This document shows positions 8,034 through 17,005 of a stretch of DNA of 64,000 bases, in pieces. The stretch lies in IMG/VR virus record IMGVR_UViG_3300044623_000338; one strand, given 5' to 3'. Each line of letters begins with the position of its first letter. Position 1 is the stretch's first letter. Position numbers and translations under genes: made by a program. The notes beneath the pieces were generated by a model. The model worked only from the letters and a program-made list of their open reading frames with translations. It searched no databases and was not told where the DNA came from. The stretch is from an uncultured virus (IMG/VR IMGVR_UViG_3300044623_000338). Taxonomy: Duplodnaviria > Heunggongvirae > Uroviricota > Caudoviricetes.

Positions 8034-10522
8034 TGGAGGAGATGAAGAAAAGACTTGCCACCCTGCCAGAATCAGATCGGATACACTTAGCGCAACTAAT
8101 AAAAGAATTAAAGAAACGCAAGTCTAGAGAGGAAGCACAAGGTAGCTTCTTATCGTTTGTGCAGGAAGTGTGGCCCGGCTTTATTTATGGGAGGCACCAT
8201 GCACGTATGGCAAAAGAGTTCGAGAGGGTGGCTAATGGCGAGTGTAAGCGACTTATTATTAACTTAGGGCCTCGGCATACCAAGAGTGAGTTTTCGTCTT
8301 ATCTGTTACCTGCTTGGTTCTTAGGGCGCTTTCCAGAGAAGAAGGTCATCCAGTGTTCGCATACTGCAGAACTTGCGGTGGGTTTTGGACGTAAAGTGAG
8401 GAACTTAGTTGGGTCGGATGAATACCAGTCCATATTTCCGGGTGTAGGGCTACAGACTGACTCAAAGGCAGCTGGACGATGGAACACAAGCTCAGGAGGT
8501 GACTATTTCGCTATTGGTATTAACGGAGCGGTTACGGGTAAAGGTGCTGACCTACTGATAATTGATGATCCTCATAGTGAAGGCGATGCTGTTATAGCTC
8601 AGTACAACCCTGAAGTGTACGACAAGGTGTTTAGTTGGTATTCATCTGGACCTCGGCAACGTCTACAACCGGGTGGGGCGATCATAATAGTTATGACTCG
8701 CTGGAGTCTTAGGGACTTAACAGGGCAGATATTAGAGTCCGCTGCTATGGGTGGGGATAAATGGGACGTTATTGAGTTTCCTGCTATTTTGCCTAGTGGC
8801 AACCCGCTTTGGCCTGAGTTTTGGCCTCTTGAAGAGTTAATGGCGGTAAAGGCCGAGATACCCAGTGGCAAATGGCAAGCACAGTACCAGCAACAACCCA
8901 CATCTGACTCAACGGCGATAGTTAAGAGAGAGTGGTGGCAGAAGTGGGAGGAGAAGAAACCTCCGAAATGCGACTTCTTGTTGATGTCAATGGATACTGC
9001 GTTCGAGAAGAAGACCAGTGCTGACTACAGTGCGATAGTGATATTTGGAGTTTGGAGCAATCCGGAGGATGGAGACCAGCCGAACTTAATACTTTTAGAG
9101 GCTTGGCGAGAGCGACTAGAGTTTCCAGAGCTAAAGGCTAAAACATTAGAGTTTTACAAGGAGTGGGAGCCTGACGGTGTTATTATTGAGAAGAAGGCAT
9201 CAGGTGCGCCTCTGATATATGAGTTAAGGCGTATGGGCATACCCGTACAAGAGTTTACACCGTCACGTGGACAAGATAAGATATCACGACTTAATGCTGT
9301 GTCTGATATGTTTGCTTCTGGTAAAGTATGGGCTCCGTCTACTCGCTGGGCTGAAGAAGTGATAGATGAGGTTGCGTCCTTCCCTTCTGGTAGGAATGAT
9401 GATTTTGTTGATGCTTGTTTTGTAAAAGGTACTTTAATTCTCATGCAAGACGGAACAGAAAAACCCATAGAAGAAGTTAAAATAGGGGAATATGTTATTA
9501 CCCCTAAAGGGCCTAAGTGTGTATTAGAGGCTTCTTGCACAGGGTATAAACAGACATATAGCGTTGCGGGGTTAGTGGGCTCTGCAGAGCATCCGGTATT
9601 TACTCTTCGTGGGTGGATACCTTTACTTTGGCTACAGAAAGATGATATAATATTGTCTTTAATAACAAGTAAAGGTGACGTATGTGTAAACGAGAAGATA
9701 GAATCACGGTTAGGTTTAATGGGTTTTTGTACCAAAAGTATAGTGATAGGCCTTATTATGAACGTGTTGGGGGACATTACTTTTTACATAGGGATACGTG
9801 GATTTACTATAAGGGAGAGATTCCAGAGGGGTATCATATACACCACAAAGATGAAAACACTAGTAATAACACTATCGAAAACCTTGAAATGCTTACTGCT
9901 GAAGATCATAGAGAACTACATAAAGAGGCCCTTATTAAGCGTAGTACATCACCTGAGCATTTTGAGCACTTGGCTAAAATTAGGCCTCTTACAGTTGAAT
10001 GGCATGGGTCTAAAGAAGGGAAAGAATGGCATAAAGCTCACGCCCTTAAAACAATCCATGCGCCTAATAGCCCAAAACCTTTTAGTAAAATTATCCCAGT
10101 GGATAAAGTGTGTGGCGTTTGTCAGCGAGTATTTATATCCAAAAATCCTAAGCGACAAAATACATGCTCTCAAGAATGCCATAATGTTAAACATAATGAA
10201 AAACGGACACTCAGAAGAAAGGAAAACGCCCCTGAGAGAAGTTGCCAGCATTGTACTAAACCATATACGTCTGTGTATAAAAAACAAAGGTTCTGTTGTA
10301 CCCAGTGTAAGCAGGCTAGTGCAAATGCCCGTACCGCAGCAGATAGAAAAAGTATACAATCTAACTGTTGAAGATACCCCTATGTACTATGCTAACGGGG
10401 TTTTAGTGCACAACTGCACACTTGCACTTGCTAGATTTCGTTCTGGAGGGTTCATCGGTTCCGCTAAAGACAGTATTGACGAAGACAACTGGATGTATAA
10501 GAAACGTGCTAACTATTACTAA
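8033..10522 (+). CDS. terL: Terminase large subunit (496-aa extein) interrupted by an intein
   Basis: Walker A-like PRHTKSE, Walker B LLIIDDP, RNase-H nuclease motifs MDTA, IEKKASG and NDDFVDA|C. Confidence 0.95.
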   Translation: MEEMKKRLATLPESDRIHLAQLIKELKKRKSREEAQGSFLSFVQEVWPGFIYGRHHARMAKEFERVANGECKRLIINLGPRHTKSEFSSYLLPAWFLGRFPEKKVIQCSHTAELAVGFGRKVRNLVGSDEYQSIFPGVGLQTDSKAAGRWNTSSGGDYFAIGINGAVTGKGADLLIIDDPHSEGDAVIAQYNPEVYDKVFSWYSSGPRQRLQPGGAIIIVMTRWSLRDLTGQILESAAMGGDKWDVIEFPAILPSGNPLWPEFWPLEELMAVKAEIPSGKWQAQYQQQPTSDSTAIVKREWWQKWEEKKPPKCDFLLMSMDTAFEKKTSADYSAIVIFGVWSNPEDGDQPNLILLEAWRERLEFPELKAKTLEFYKEWEPDGVIIEKKASGAPLIYELRRMGIPVQEFTPSRGQDKISRLNAVSDMFASGKVWAPSTRWAEEVIDEVASFPSGRNDDFVDACFVKGTLILMQDGTEKPIEEVKIGEYVITPKGPKCVLEASCTGYKQTYSVAGLVGSAEHPVFTLRGWIPLLWLQKDDIILSLITSKGDVCVNEKIESRLGLMGFCTKSIVIGLIMNVLGDITFYIGIRGFTIRERFQRGIIYTTKMKTLVITLSKTLKCLLLKIIENYIKRPLLSVVHHLSILSTWLKLGLLQLNGMGLKKGKNGIKLTPLKQSMRLIAQNLLVKLSQWIKCVAFVSEYLYPKILSDKIHALKNAIMLNIMKNGHSEERKTPLREVASIVLNHIRLCIKNKGSVVPSVSRLVQMPVPQQIEKVYNLTVEDTPMYYANGVLVHNCTLALARFRSGGFIGSAKDSIDEDNWMYKKRANYY
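9622..9681 (+). promoter_or_regulatory. Internal promoter and RBS inside the intein coding sequence
   Basis: TTTACT (9622-27), 18 nt, extended -10 TGa-TATAAT (9646-51); SD AAGGTGA (9672-78) before ATG 9682. Confidence 0.65.
9682..10371 (+). CDS. HNH homing endonuclease with two Cys4 zinc fingers, nested in an alternative frame of the intein
   Basis: LHRDTW...GEIPEGYHIHHKDENTSNNTIENLEML...H (HNH core); CGVC..CSQEC and CQHC..CCTQC; own RBS. Confidence 0.9.
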   Translation: MCKREDRITVRFNGFLYQKYSDRPYYERVGGHYFLHRDTWIYYKGEIPEGYHIHHKDENTSNNTIENLEMLTAEDHRELHKEALIKRSTSPEHFEHLAKIRPLTVEWHGSKEGKEWHKAHALKTIHAPNSPKPFSKIIPVDKVCGVCQRVFISKNPKRQNTCSQECHNVKHNEKRTLRRKENAPERSCQHCTKPYTSVYKKQRFCCTQCKQASANARTAADRKSIQSNC

Positions 10523-10549
10523 CAAACAAATAACTTAAAGGATCGGCCC

Positions 10550-13054
10550 ATGTCTGCAGTCCCAAACAACATTTTTAAAGCTATGCAACCCCAGAGTCCG
10601 TTTTTAGCGGAAGATGATGACGCTCCTGTAGAGATTAATATAGGTGATCCAACAGCCCCTGTTGATACTGAAGTTGAAGTAGAGATGGAACAAGAGCCGG
10701 GGTTTGATGCAAACCTTGCAGAGTACATGGATGAGTCAGATATGACAGCGTTGGTCTCTGATTTGCTAGATGACTTTGAAAATGACAAGAACGCCCGAAA
10801 AGACTGGGAAACTACCTACATAGATGGGTTAGATTTACTCGGTTTAAAGATTGAAGAACGCTCTGAACCTTGGCAAGGTGCCTGTGGTGTATACCACCCC
10901 ATGCTAACAGAAGCGGCGATACGTTTTCAATCAGAGATGATCTCCGAGACATTTCCGGCACAAGGACCTGTAAAAGCCAAGATAATTGGTAAAGACGACC
11001 CTGATACTCAGAAAGCGGCTAAACGTGTTGTAGAAGACATGAATTACCAGTTAACTGAGAAGATGGTAGAGTTTAGACCTGAACACGAGAAAATGTTGTG
11101 GTCACTAGCTTTAGCAGGTGCTTCCTTTAAGAAAGTGTATTTTGACCCTTCTATGAACCGTCAGGTAAGTATGTTTGTACCTGCAGAAGACCTTTATATC
11201 CCCTACGGTGCATCAGATGCACGTACAGCAGAGCGCCTCACCCATGTGATGCGTAAGACCAAGAACGACATTAAGAAGCTACAATACGCTGAGTTCTACA
11301 GAGATGTAGACTTAGGCGAACCATCTAAAGACCTAGACGATGTGCAACAGCGCAAAGATGAGTCTAGTGGTTACAAAGCAACTTATGACAACCGTTACAA
11401 ACTTTTAGAGATGCAGGTTGAGTTAGACCTAGCTGGCTTTGAAGACATGGATGACGAGACTGAAGAAGAGACGGGCATAGCCCTGCCGTACATCGTTACT
11501 ATTGAGAGCAGTACTCAAGAGATTCTTTCTATTAGACGCAACTGGGATGAACATGACCCTCTTAAACAAGCTAAGCAACACTTTGTACAGTATACTTATA
11601 TCCCCGGTTTCGGAGCTTATGGCTATGGGCTTATTCACCTTATTGGTGGCTTTGCTAAGTCTGCGACTTCTATAGTAAGACAGTTAATTGATGCGGGGAC
11701 TTTATCTAATTTACCCGGTGGTCTGAAGTCTAGAGGTCTTAGGATTAAAGGTGACGACACACCCATTATGCCCGGTGAGTGGAGAGATGTTGACGTACCA
11801 TCTGCTAACATTAAAGACAATATTCTACCGCTTCCATATAAGGAACCAAGTGCAACTCTTTTCCAACTGCTCCAAAACGTAGTAGAAGAAGGCCGTAGAT
11901 TAGCTGCAGTAGCAGATGTTAAGCTAGAGAATATGAACGGTGAGGCACCAGTAGGCACCACACTGGCTATCCTAGAAAGAACTCTTAAAGTAATGTCAGC
12001 CGTACAAGCTCGTGTTCATGCGTCAATGGAGCAAGAGTTTAAGTTGATTGCAGCGTTGGTAAGAGACTATACAGCTCCTGCTTATGACTACCTACCGGAC
12101 TTTGATGCACCTGCAACAGCTAAGAAAGAAGATTATGATAAAGTTGATATTATCCCAGTCTCTGATCCTAACGCCAGTACTATGGCGCAACGTATTATTC
12201 AGTACCAAGCGGCTATTCAGTTAGCACAACAATCTCCACAGATATACAACCTGCCTGTACTACATCGTCAAATGCTAGAAGTTATGGGTATTAAAGATGC
12301 AGACAAGATTGTTATTGTTGAAGATGACCAAGTACCGACAGACCCTGTCACAGAGAATGTAAATATTCTTAAAGCTAAACCTGTCAAAGCCTTTATAGAA
12401 CAAGACCAAGACGCCCATTTAGCGGTACACCAGAGCATGTTGGACGATCCTAAGATAGCAGCGGCTATGGGACAAAATCCTCAAGCATCAGTGATAAAAC
12501 AAGCGTTAATGGCTCATATTATGGAACACGTTGGCTTCCAATATCGCCGTGGTATAGAGACTCAGTTAGGTACTACTCTTCCTCCAGAAGATGCTAAGTT
12601 AAGTCCAGAGATGGAGATACAACTAGCTAAGCTATCTGCTGACGCTGCTAAACAATTAATACAAGCTAACCAAGCTGAGCAAGCTCAAAAAACTGCCCAA
12701 CAGCAAGCGCAAGACCCTGTAGTGATGATGCAGCAAAAAGAACTACAGCTGAAACAACAAGAGCTTAATGATAAGAAAGAGATTGAGCTTAAGAAGATAG
12801 ACGCTAGTAAAGAAATAGCTATGCTAAACAATGAAGCTAAGTTACTGGTTCAAGGCGAAGACGCTAAGGTCCAAGGTTTGTTTAAAGGGTTGGATATGGC
12901 TACTCAACAAATAAACGCACAAAACGCCATGCAAGCTACGCCTCCTGCGGCTCCAATAACACAAGCAGGACCACAGGGAGCACCACCTGCACCAGCGCCT
13001 CAACAACCACCATCTATGCCCCCAGCACCACCACAACCACAACCTATGGGATAA
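10550..13054 (+). CDS. Portal protein
   Basis: Follows terL; 834 aa with PWQGACGVYHPML, GFGAYGYGL and LRIKGDDTPI motifs; Q/P-rich C-terminal barrel-like tail. Confidence 0.85.
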   Translation: MSAVPNNIFKAMQPQSPFLAEDDDAPVEINIGDPTAPVDTEVEVEMEQEPGFDANLAEYMDESDMTALVSDLLDDFENDKNARKDWETTYIDGLDLLGLKIEERSEPWQGACGVYHPMLTEAAIRFQSEMISETFPAQGPVKAKIIGKDDPDTQKAAKRVVEDMNYQLTEKMVEFRPEHEKMLWSLALAGASFKKVYFDPSMNRQVSMFVPAEDLYIPYGASDARTAERLTHVMRKTKNDIKKLQYAEFYRDVDLGEPSKDLDDVQQRKDESSGYKATYDNRYKLLEMQVELDLAGFEDMDDETEEETGIALPYIVTIESSTQEILSIRRNWDEHDPLKQAKQHFVQYTYIPGFGAYGYGLIHLIGGFAKSATSIVRQLIDAGTLSNLPGGLKSRGLRIKGDDTPIMPGEWRDVDVPSANIKDNILPLPYKEPSATLFQLLQNVVEEGRRLAAVADVKLENMNGEAPVGTTLAILERTLKVMSAVQARVHASMEQEFKLIAALVRDYTAPAYDYLPDFDAPATAKKEDYDKVDIIPVSDPNASTMAQRIIQYQAAIQLAQQSPQIYNLPVLHRQMLEVMGIKDADKIVIVEDDQVPTDPVTENVNILKAKPVKAFIEQDQDAHLAVHQSMLDDPKIAAAMGQNPQASVIKQALMAHIMEHVGFQYRRGIETQLGTTLPPEDAKLSPEMEIQLAKLSADAAKQLIQANQAEQAQKTAQQQAQDPVVMMQQKELQLKQQELNDKKEIELKKIDASKEIAMLNNEAKLLVQGEDAKVQGLFKGLDMATQQINAQNAMQATPPAAPITQAGPQGAPPAPAPQQPPSMPPAPPQPQPMG

Positions 13055-13057
13055 CAA

Positions 13058-13243
13058 ATGACAACAGTATTAGACGTACTGCGCAAAGAACTTGAGGATG
13101 AAATAGCCGCTCACACTGATGCCCTCGCAAGAGGGCGGGTAGAAGACTATCCATCCTATAAGCAGTTGGTAGGGACTTTATCGGGTCTGTCCCTAGCACT
13201 TAATAGATTAAAAGACCTGCAGAAATATGAGGACGATAATTGA
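13058..13243 (+). CDS. Small head-cluster protein
   Basis: 61 aa between portal and GroES; DYPSYKQLVGTLSGL. Confidence 0.7.
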   Translation: MTTVLDVLRKELEDEIAAHTDALARGRVEDYPSYKQLVGTLSGLSLALNRLKDLQKYEDDN

Positions 13244-13641
13244 TGAGTACGGAAAACATTGGAAATATAGATACGGAGGCCACTATTGAAAGAGGTGAGA
13301 AACTGGCAGAAAGACTACCTGAGCCAGTAGGTTACAAACTTCTCTTGATTAAGCCTAAAGTAGTAGACAAAACAGCCAGTGGTATTGAGATGCCAGACTC
13401 TTTCAAAAAGAAAGAAGAAGCAGGTGCCGTTGTATGTATGGTCATTAAAGTAGGTCCTATGGCTTACATGGATACAGAAAAGTTCCCTACAGGTCCTTGG
13501 TGCACAGAAGGTGACTTCGTGCTAATTGGTGCTTATAGAGGCAGTCGTTTTTCAGTTGATGGGGAAGAGTTTATTCTTGTTAATGACGATATGATTGAAG
13601 GCACTGTATCTGATCCTAGAGGTATAGGGAGGGTTTACTAA
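13243..13641 (+). CDS. groES: GroES/Cpn10-like co-chaperonin
   Basis: PVGYKLLL...KTASGI...VIKVGP...GDFVL...G....DGEEFILVNDDMI matches the Cpn10 pattern. Confidence 0.85.
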   Translation: MSTENIGNIDTEATIERGEKLAERLPEPVGYKLLLIKPKVVDKTASGIEMPDSFKKKEEAGAVVCMVIKVGPMAYMDTEKFPTGPWCTEGDFVLIGAYRGSRFSVDGEEFILVNDDMIEGTVSDPRGIGRVY

Positions 13642-14534
13642 TGTCTGAAGAATATGAAAATGATAGTACGGACTTCGATGATGACTCCATAGAAGTTGAA
13701 ATTATTGATGACACCCCTGAAGAGGATAGAGATCGTCCGAAACTTGAAGCTAACGATGACGATAACGAAGAAGAGTTAGAGTCGTACTCTAAAAAAGTAC
13801 AAAAGCGTATAGACCAGATAAACCATAAGTACCACGATGTTAGGCGTGAGAAAGATGCTTTAGAAAGGCAGAACGCAGAAGCTATTCGTATAGCCCAGAC
13901 TATTCTTGCAGAAAACGAGCAGTTAAAAAGTACACTTAACTGGGGACACCAAGAGTACACCAAAGAAGCAGCAGGTAGACTTGACTTCGCTCATAAGGCG
14001 GCACAAGAGAAATATCGCCGGGCCTTTGAAACTGGAGACACAGATGGAGTGCTGGAAGCACAAGATGAACTGAATGAAGTGTCTAACCAAAAGAGACAAT
14101 TATCAACTTTAGTTTCACCTGTACCACAAAAAGCTTTACAACAACAAAATAATGATGTATATATTCCTCAACAATCAGTACCAGAAGCGCCACCACAGGA
14201 TTATAAAGCCATAGATTGGGCTGGAAAGAACCCGTGGTTTGGTAAAGATGAAGAGATGACCGCCTTCGCTTATGGACTGCACGAAAAACTGGTTAAATCC
14301 GGTGTAGACCCTACCTCTGATGAATATTATCAGCGAGTAGACTCCCGCATAAGGGAAATATTCCCAAAAAACTTCGACAGAAAGAAATCGTCACCTGTGG
14401 CATCGGTAGGTAGAACTACTGCACCAAGAAAAGTCGCACTAAACAATTCTGAAATCGCAATCGCAAAAAGATTAGGTATAACACCTGAACTGTATGCAAA
14501 GTATAAAATAAAGGAGCAAAATCTCAATGGCTAA
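13641..14534 (+). CDS. Probable capsid scaffolding protein
   Basis: Acidic N-terminus, long coiled coil, W..KNPWFG, C-terminal IAKRLGI..E.YAK. Confidence 0.7.
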   Translation: MSEEYENDSTDFDDDSIEVEIIDDTPEEDRDRPKLEANDDDNEEELESYSKKVQKRIDQINHKYHDVRREKDALERQNAEAIRIAQTILAENEQLKSTLNWGHQEYTKEAAGRLDFAHKAAQEKYRRAFETGDTDGVLEAQDELNEVSNQKRQLSTLVSPVPQKALQQQNNDVYIPQQSVPEAPPQDYKAIDWAGKNPWFGKDEEMTAFAYGLHEKLVKSGVDPTSDEYYQRVDSRIREIFPKNFDRKKSSPVASVGRTTAPRKVALNNSEIAIAKRLGITPELYAKYKIKEQNLNG

Positions 14535-14988
14535 TCTACAAATTGACAGAGCCCCACGCTCTACAGAAACACGTGAAAAAGAAGTACGTCCGGTATCTTG
14601 GAAGCCAGCTCATGACTTACCTTCCCCTGATCCACAAGACGGTTATGTGTTCCACTGGAAAAGAGTGTCTATGATGGGTCAAGCTGATCCTGCTAATATG
14701 GCTAAGGCCAAACGAGAGGGTTGGGTACCTTGTCAAGCTGAAGATCATCCTGAGATGATGGCTGACTTTGCAGCTTTTGGTTTAAAACCCCAAGGGTTGA
14801 TTGAAATTGGTGGACTTGTTTTATGTAAGACGACTGTCGAGACTTCAAACGCTCGTAAGGAGTACTACGCAAATATGTCTAGAGCTTCGGTAGAATCAGT
14901 TGATAACAACTTTCTCCGAGAAAATGATCCTCGGATGCCTCTCTTTTCTGAGAAGTCATCTAAAGTATCTTTTGGTCGTGGTTCCTGA
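14527..14988 (+). CDS. Conserved head-cluster hypothetical protein
   Basis: REGWVP and IEIGGLVLCK motifs; located between scaffold and capsid. Confidence 0.75.
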   Translation: MANLQIDRAPRSTETREKEVRPVSWKPAHDLPSPDPQDGYVFHWKRVSMMGQADPANMAKAKREGWVPCQAEDHPEMMADFAAFGLKPQGLIEIGGLVLCKTTVETSNARKEYYANMSRASVESVDNNFLRENDPRMPLFSEKSSKVSFGRGS

Positions 14989-15024
14989 TAACAGGAACTA
15001 TTTAAATTAAATTAGGAGTTTTTT

Positions 15025-15747
15025 ATGGCATATCCTGCTAATATTGGTCCCTACGGTTTTCTTCCGAATACCCTAGAAGGCGGACGAGTTTATGCTGGTG
15101 CAACTCGGTACTTACCGATTGCTTCTGGCTACGGAAAAAACATTGGTTATGGCGATGCAGTATCATTGATTGCTGATGGTTCTGTTCAACGTGTTGATGC
15201 ATCTACTGGTGCTAAAATTGCATGGGCTATTCGTCCTATCGGTATTTTCCTTGGTTGTTCTTACACTGACCCAACTTTAAAGTATAAAGTTTTCTCTCAA
15301 TACTGGCCTACAGGTACTTCTGCATCTGACGCCATTGCTATTGTTGCTGATGACCCATTAGTTTTATTTAAAGTCAACTTGACTAACGCTGGTACTGCAT
15401 ACACTTCTGGTGCTGCTACATCGGCTGATGTTGGTCAAAACGTAGGTTATTTCGTAACAGCTAACACAGGTTCTATAGTTGATGGTGTTAATACAGCTAC
15501 TGGTAATAGCGCCACTTCAGTTAATTTGGCTTCTAAAAACACTACTGCTACATTGCCTTTGCGCATTATTAGCATGGTTCAAGAAACTGCATTATCTGAT
15601 GGTACGTTTGTAGAAGCTTTCGTGGCATATACAGCACCTACTATGACTGCGGCTGTGACTCAATCAGGTACTACTCCGTTTGCTGTTTCAGCAGTGGATA
15701 TTACTGTCGTTGGTGGTCATGCTTACCGCAACCCTGTTGGAATTTAA
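15025..15747 (+). CDS. Probable capsid decoration/minor head protein
   Basis: Strong AGGAG RBS; directly upstream of the major capsid gene; beta-rich, A/T/G/V-rich. Confidence 0.65.
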   Translation: MAYPANIGPYGFLPNTLEGGRVYAGATRYLPIASGYGKNIGYGDAVSLIADGSVQRVDASTGAKIAWAIRPIGIFLGCSYTDPTLKYKVFSQYWPTGTSASDAIAIVADDPLVLFKVNLTNAGTAYTSGAATSADVGQNVGYFVTANTGSIVDGVNTATGNSATSVNLASKNTTATLPLRIISMVQETALSDGTFVEAFVAYTAPTMTAAVTQSGTTPFAVSAVDITVVGGHAYRNPVGI

Positions 15748-15759
15748 GGAGTTTAACTA

Positions 15760-16674
15760 ATGGCTGCTATCTCACGCGCGCAACTACTAAAAGAACTTCT
15801 CCCCGGTCTTAACGCTTTATTCGGTTTAGAATATGAGCGTTACGGTGAGAAATATAAAGAAATCTTTGAAACTGAATCGTCTGATCGTTCATTTGAAGAA
15901 GAACAAAAACTGTCTGGCTTTGGTGCCGCTGCGGTTAAAAACGAAGGCTCTGCTATTACGTATGACAATGCGCAAGAAGCTTGGTCAACTCGCTATACCC
16001 ACGAAACTATTGCTTTAGGCTTTTCTTTAACTGAAGAAGCTATTGAAGATAACTTGTATGACTCACTGTCTGCTCGTTATACAAAAGCTTTGGCTAGAGC
16101 TATGGCTTACACCAAAGAAGTTAAAGGTGCTGCTGTACTAAACAATGCATTCAACACTAACTTTACTGGTGGTGACGGCAAATCTTTATGTAACAGTGCA
16201 CATCCTTTAGTTTATGGATCAACAATCTCTAACGTACCAGCAACACCTGCTGATTTGAACGAAACTTCATTGGAAAATGCTGTTATTCAAATCTCTTTAT
16301 GGGTTGATGAACGTGGCTTATTGATTGCTGCTAAACCTAAAAAATTAGTACTTCCTCCTGCTCTTCAATTCGTAGCAACTCGTTTGTTAGAAACTGAATT
16401 GCGTGTTGGTACTAACGACAATGATGTTAATGCTCTTAAGAACAACGGTTCAATTCCGGGCGGCTATACTATCAACCCTTGGTTGACTGATACAAATGCT
16501 TGGTTCTTGATGACTGACGTTCCTAACGGTCTGAAACATTTTGTTAGAACTCCATTAGCTACATCAATGGATTCGGACTTTGACACCGGAAATAGCAGGT
16601 ACAAGGCCCGTGAACGCTACTCGTTCGGTTTTAGTGATCCTTTAGGTATTTTTGGTTCTGCAGGTTCTTCCTGA
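15760..16674 (+). CDS. Major capsid protein (Mu gpT-like, HK97 fold)
   Basis: MAAISRAQLLKELLPGLNALFGLEY...DFDTGNSRYKARERYSFG; TAAGGAG RBS; followed by a terminator. Confidence 0.9.
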   Translation: MAAISRAQLLKELLPGLNALFGLEYERYGEKYKEIFETESSDRSFEEEQKLSGFGAAAVKNEGSAITYDNAQEAWSTRYTHETIALGFSLTEEAIEDNLYDSLSARYTKALARAMAYTKEVKGAAVLNNAFNTNFTGGDGKSLCNSAHPLVYGSTISNVPATPADLNETSLENAVIQISLWVDERGLLIAAKPKKLVLPPALQFVATRLLETELRVGTNDNDVNALKNNGSIPGGYTINPWLTDTNAWFLMTDVPNGLKHFVRTPLATSMDSDFDTGNSRYKARERYSFGFSDPLGIFGSAGSS

Positions 16675-16698
16675 TAAATCAATAACTTAGCTTTAATT

Positions 16699-16723
16699 AA
16701 GGGCTCCTTCGGGAGCCTTTTTT
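16699..16723 (+). terminator. Rho-independent terminator after the capsid gene
   Basis: GGCTCC-TTCG-GGAGCC followed by T6. Confidence 0.92.
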
Positions 16724-16801
16724 ATGATTAAAAATAAAACTTGTCTAGCCTAGACAAATAGGACATATTAGCTTTCGTAAACTTAATAACGGAAATACCC
16801 T

Positions 16802-16882
16802 GTGAATAATGTAATATATAGAATACGTAACGGAAGGCAGATTATAAGAAAGAGAATGACAGAAGGAAAGCCAACAAATTAA
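16802..16882 (+). pseudogene. Possible remnant of a GIY-YIG endonuclease gene
   Basis: 26-codon GTG ORF MNNVIYRIRNGRQIIRKRMTEGKPTN; VIYRIRN resembles a GIY-YIG N-terminus, but the YIG half is absent. Confidence 0.3.
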
Positions 16883-16912
16883 TTGACACCACCCCAAAAT
16901 AAATGCTATAAG
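16883..16912 (+). promoter_or_regulatory. Late-type promoter
   Basis: TTGACA, 18 nt, TGc-TATAAG; closely resembles the promoter at 7383. Confidence 0.75.
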
Positions 16913-16919
16913 AACTGTA

Positions 16920-16992
16920 AATCTGGGGATTAATTTAACTGCCTACTCGACTGCCCCAGCAGATTCGCACACAACGATAGGCAAACGTGCAC
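16920..16992 (+). ncRNA. Structured RNA downstream of the capsid gene (candidate Mu-gpT-DE motif)
   Basis: Stem ATCTGGGG/CCCCAGcAGAT, second stem GCAC/GTGC, and complementary loops TGCCTAcTCG / CGATAGGCA; begins right at the predicted transcription start. Confidence 0.55.
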
Positions 16993-17005
16993 TAAGGAAT
17001 TAAAT

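Larger units (their letters stand above)
9416..10414 (+). mobile_element. Intein (333 aa) in the TerL nuclease active-site motif
   Basis: Block A CFVKGTLILMQDG...PIEEV; block B GSAEHPVF; blocks F/G KVYNLTVEDTPMYYANGVLVHN followed by +1 Cys; removal restores DDFVDA-CTLAL. Confidence 0.93.

Noticed and set aside
9154..10359. Antisense ORFs 9154-9777 and 9949-10359 as a third coding layer
   Set aside because: No recognisable motifs or RBS; best explained as shadows of the sense frames
9416..10414. Group I intron as the explanation for the terL insertion
   Set aside because: The insertion is exactly 999 nt, stop-free in frame, and bounded by canonical intein residues (Cys1; His-Asn then Cys)
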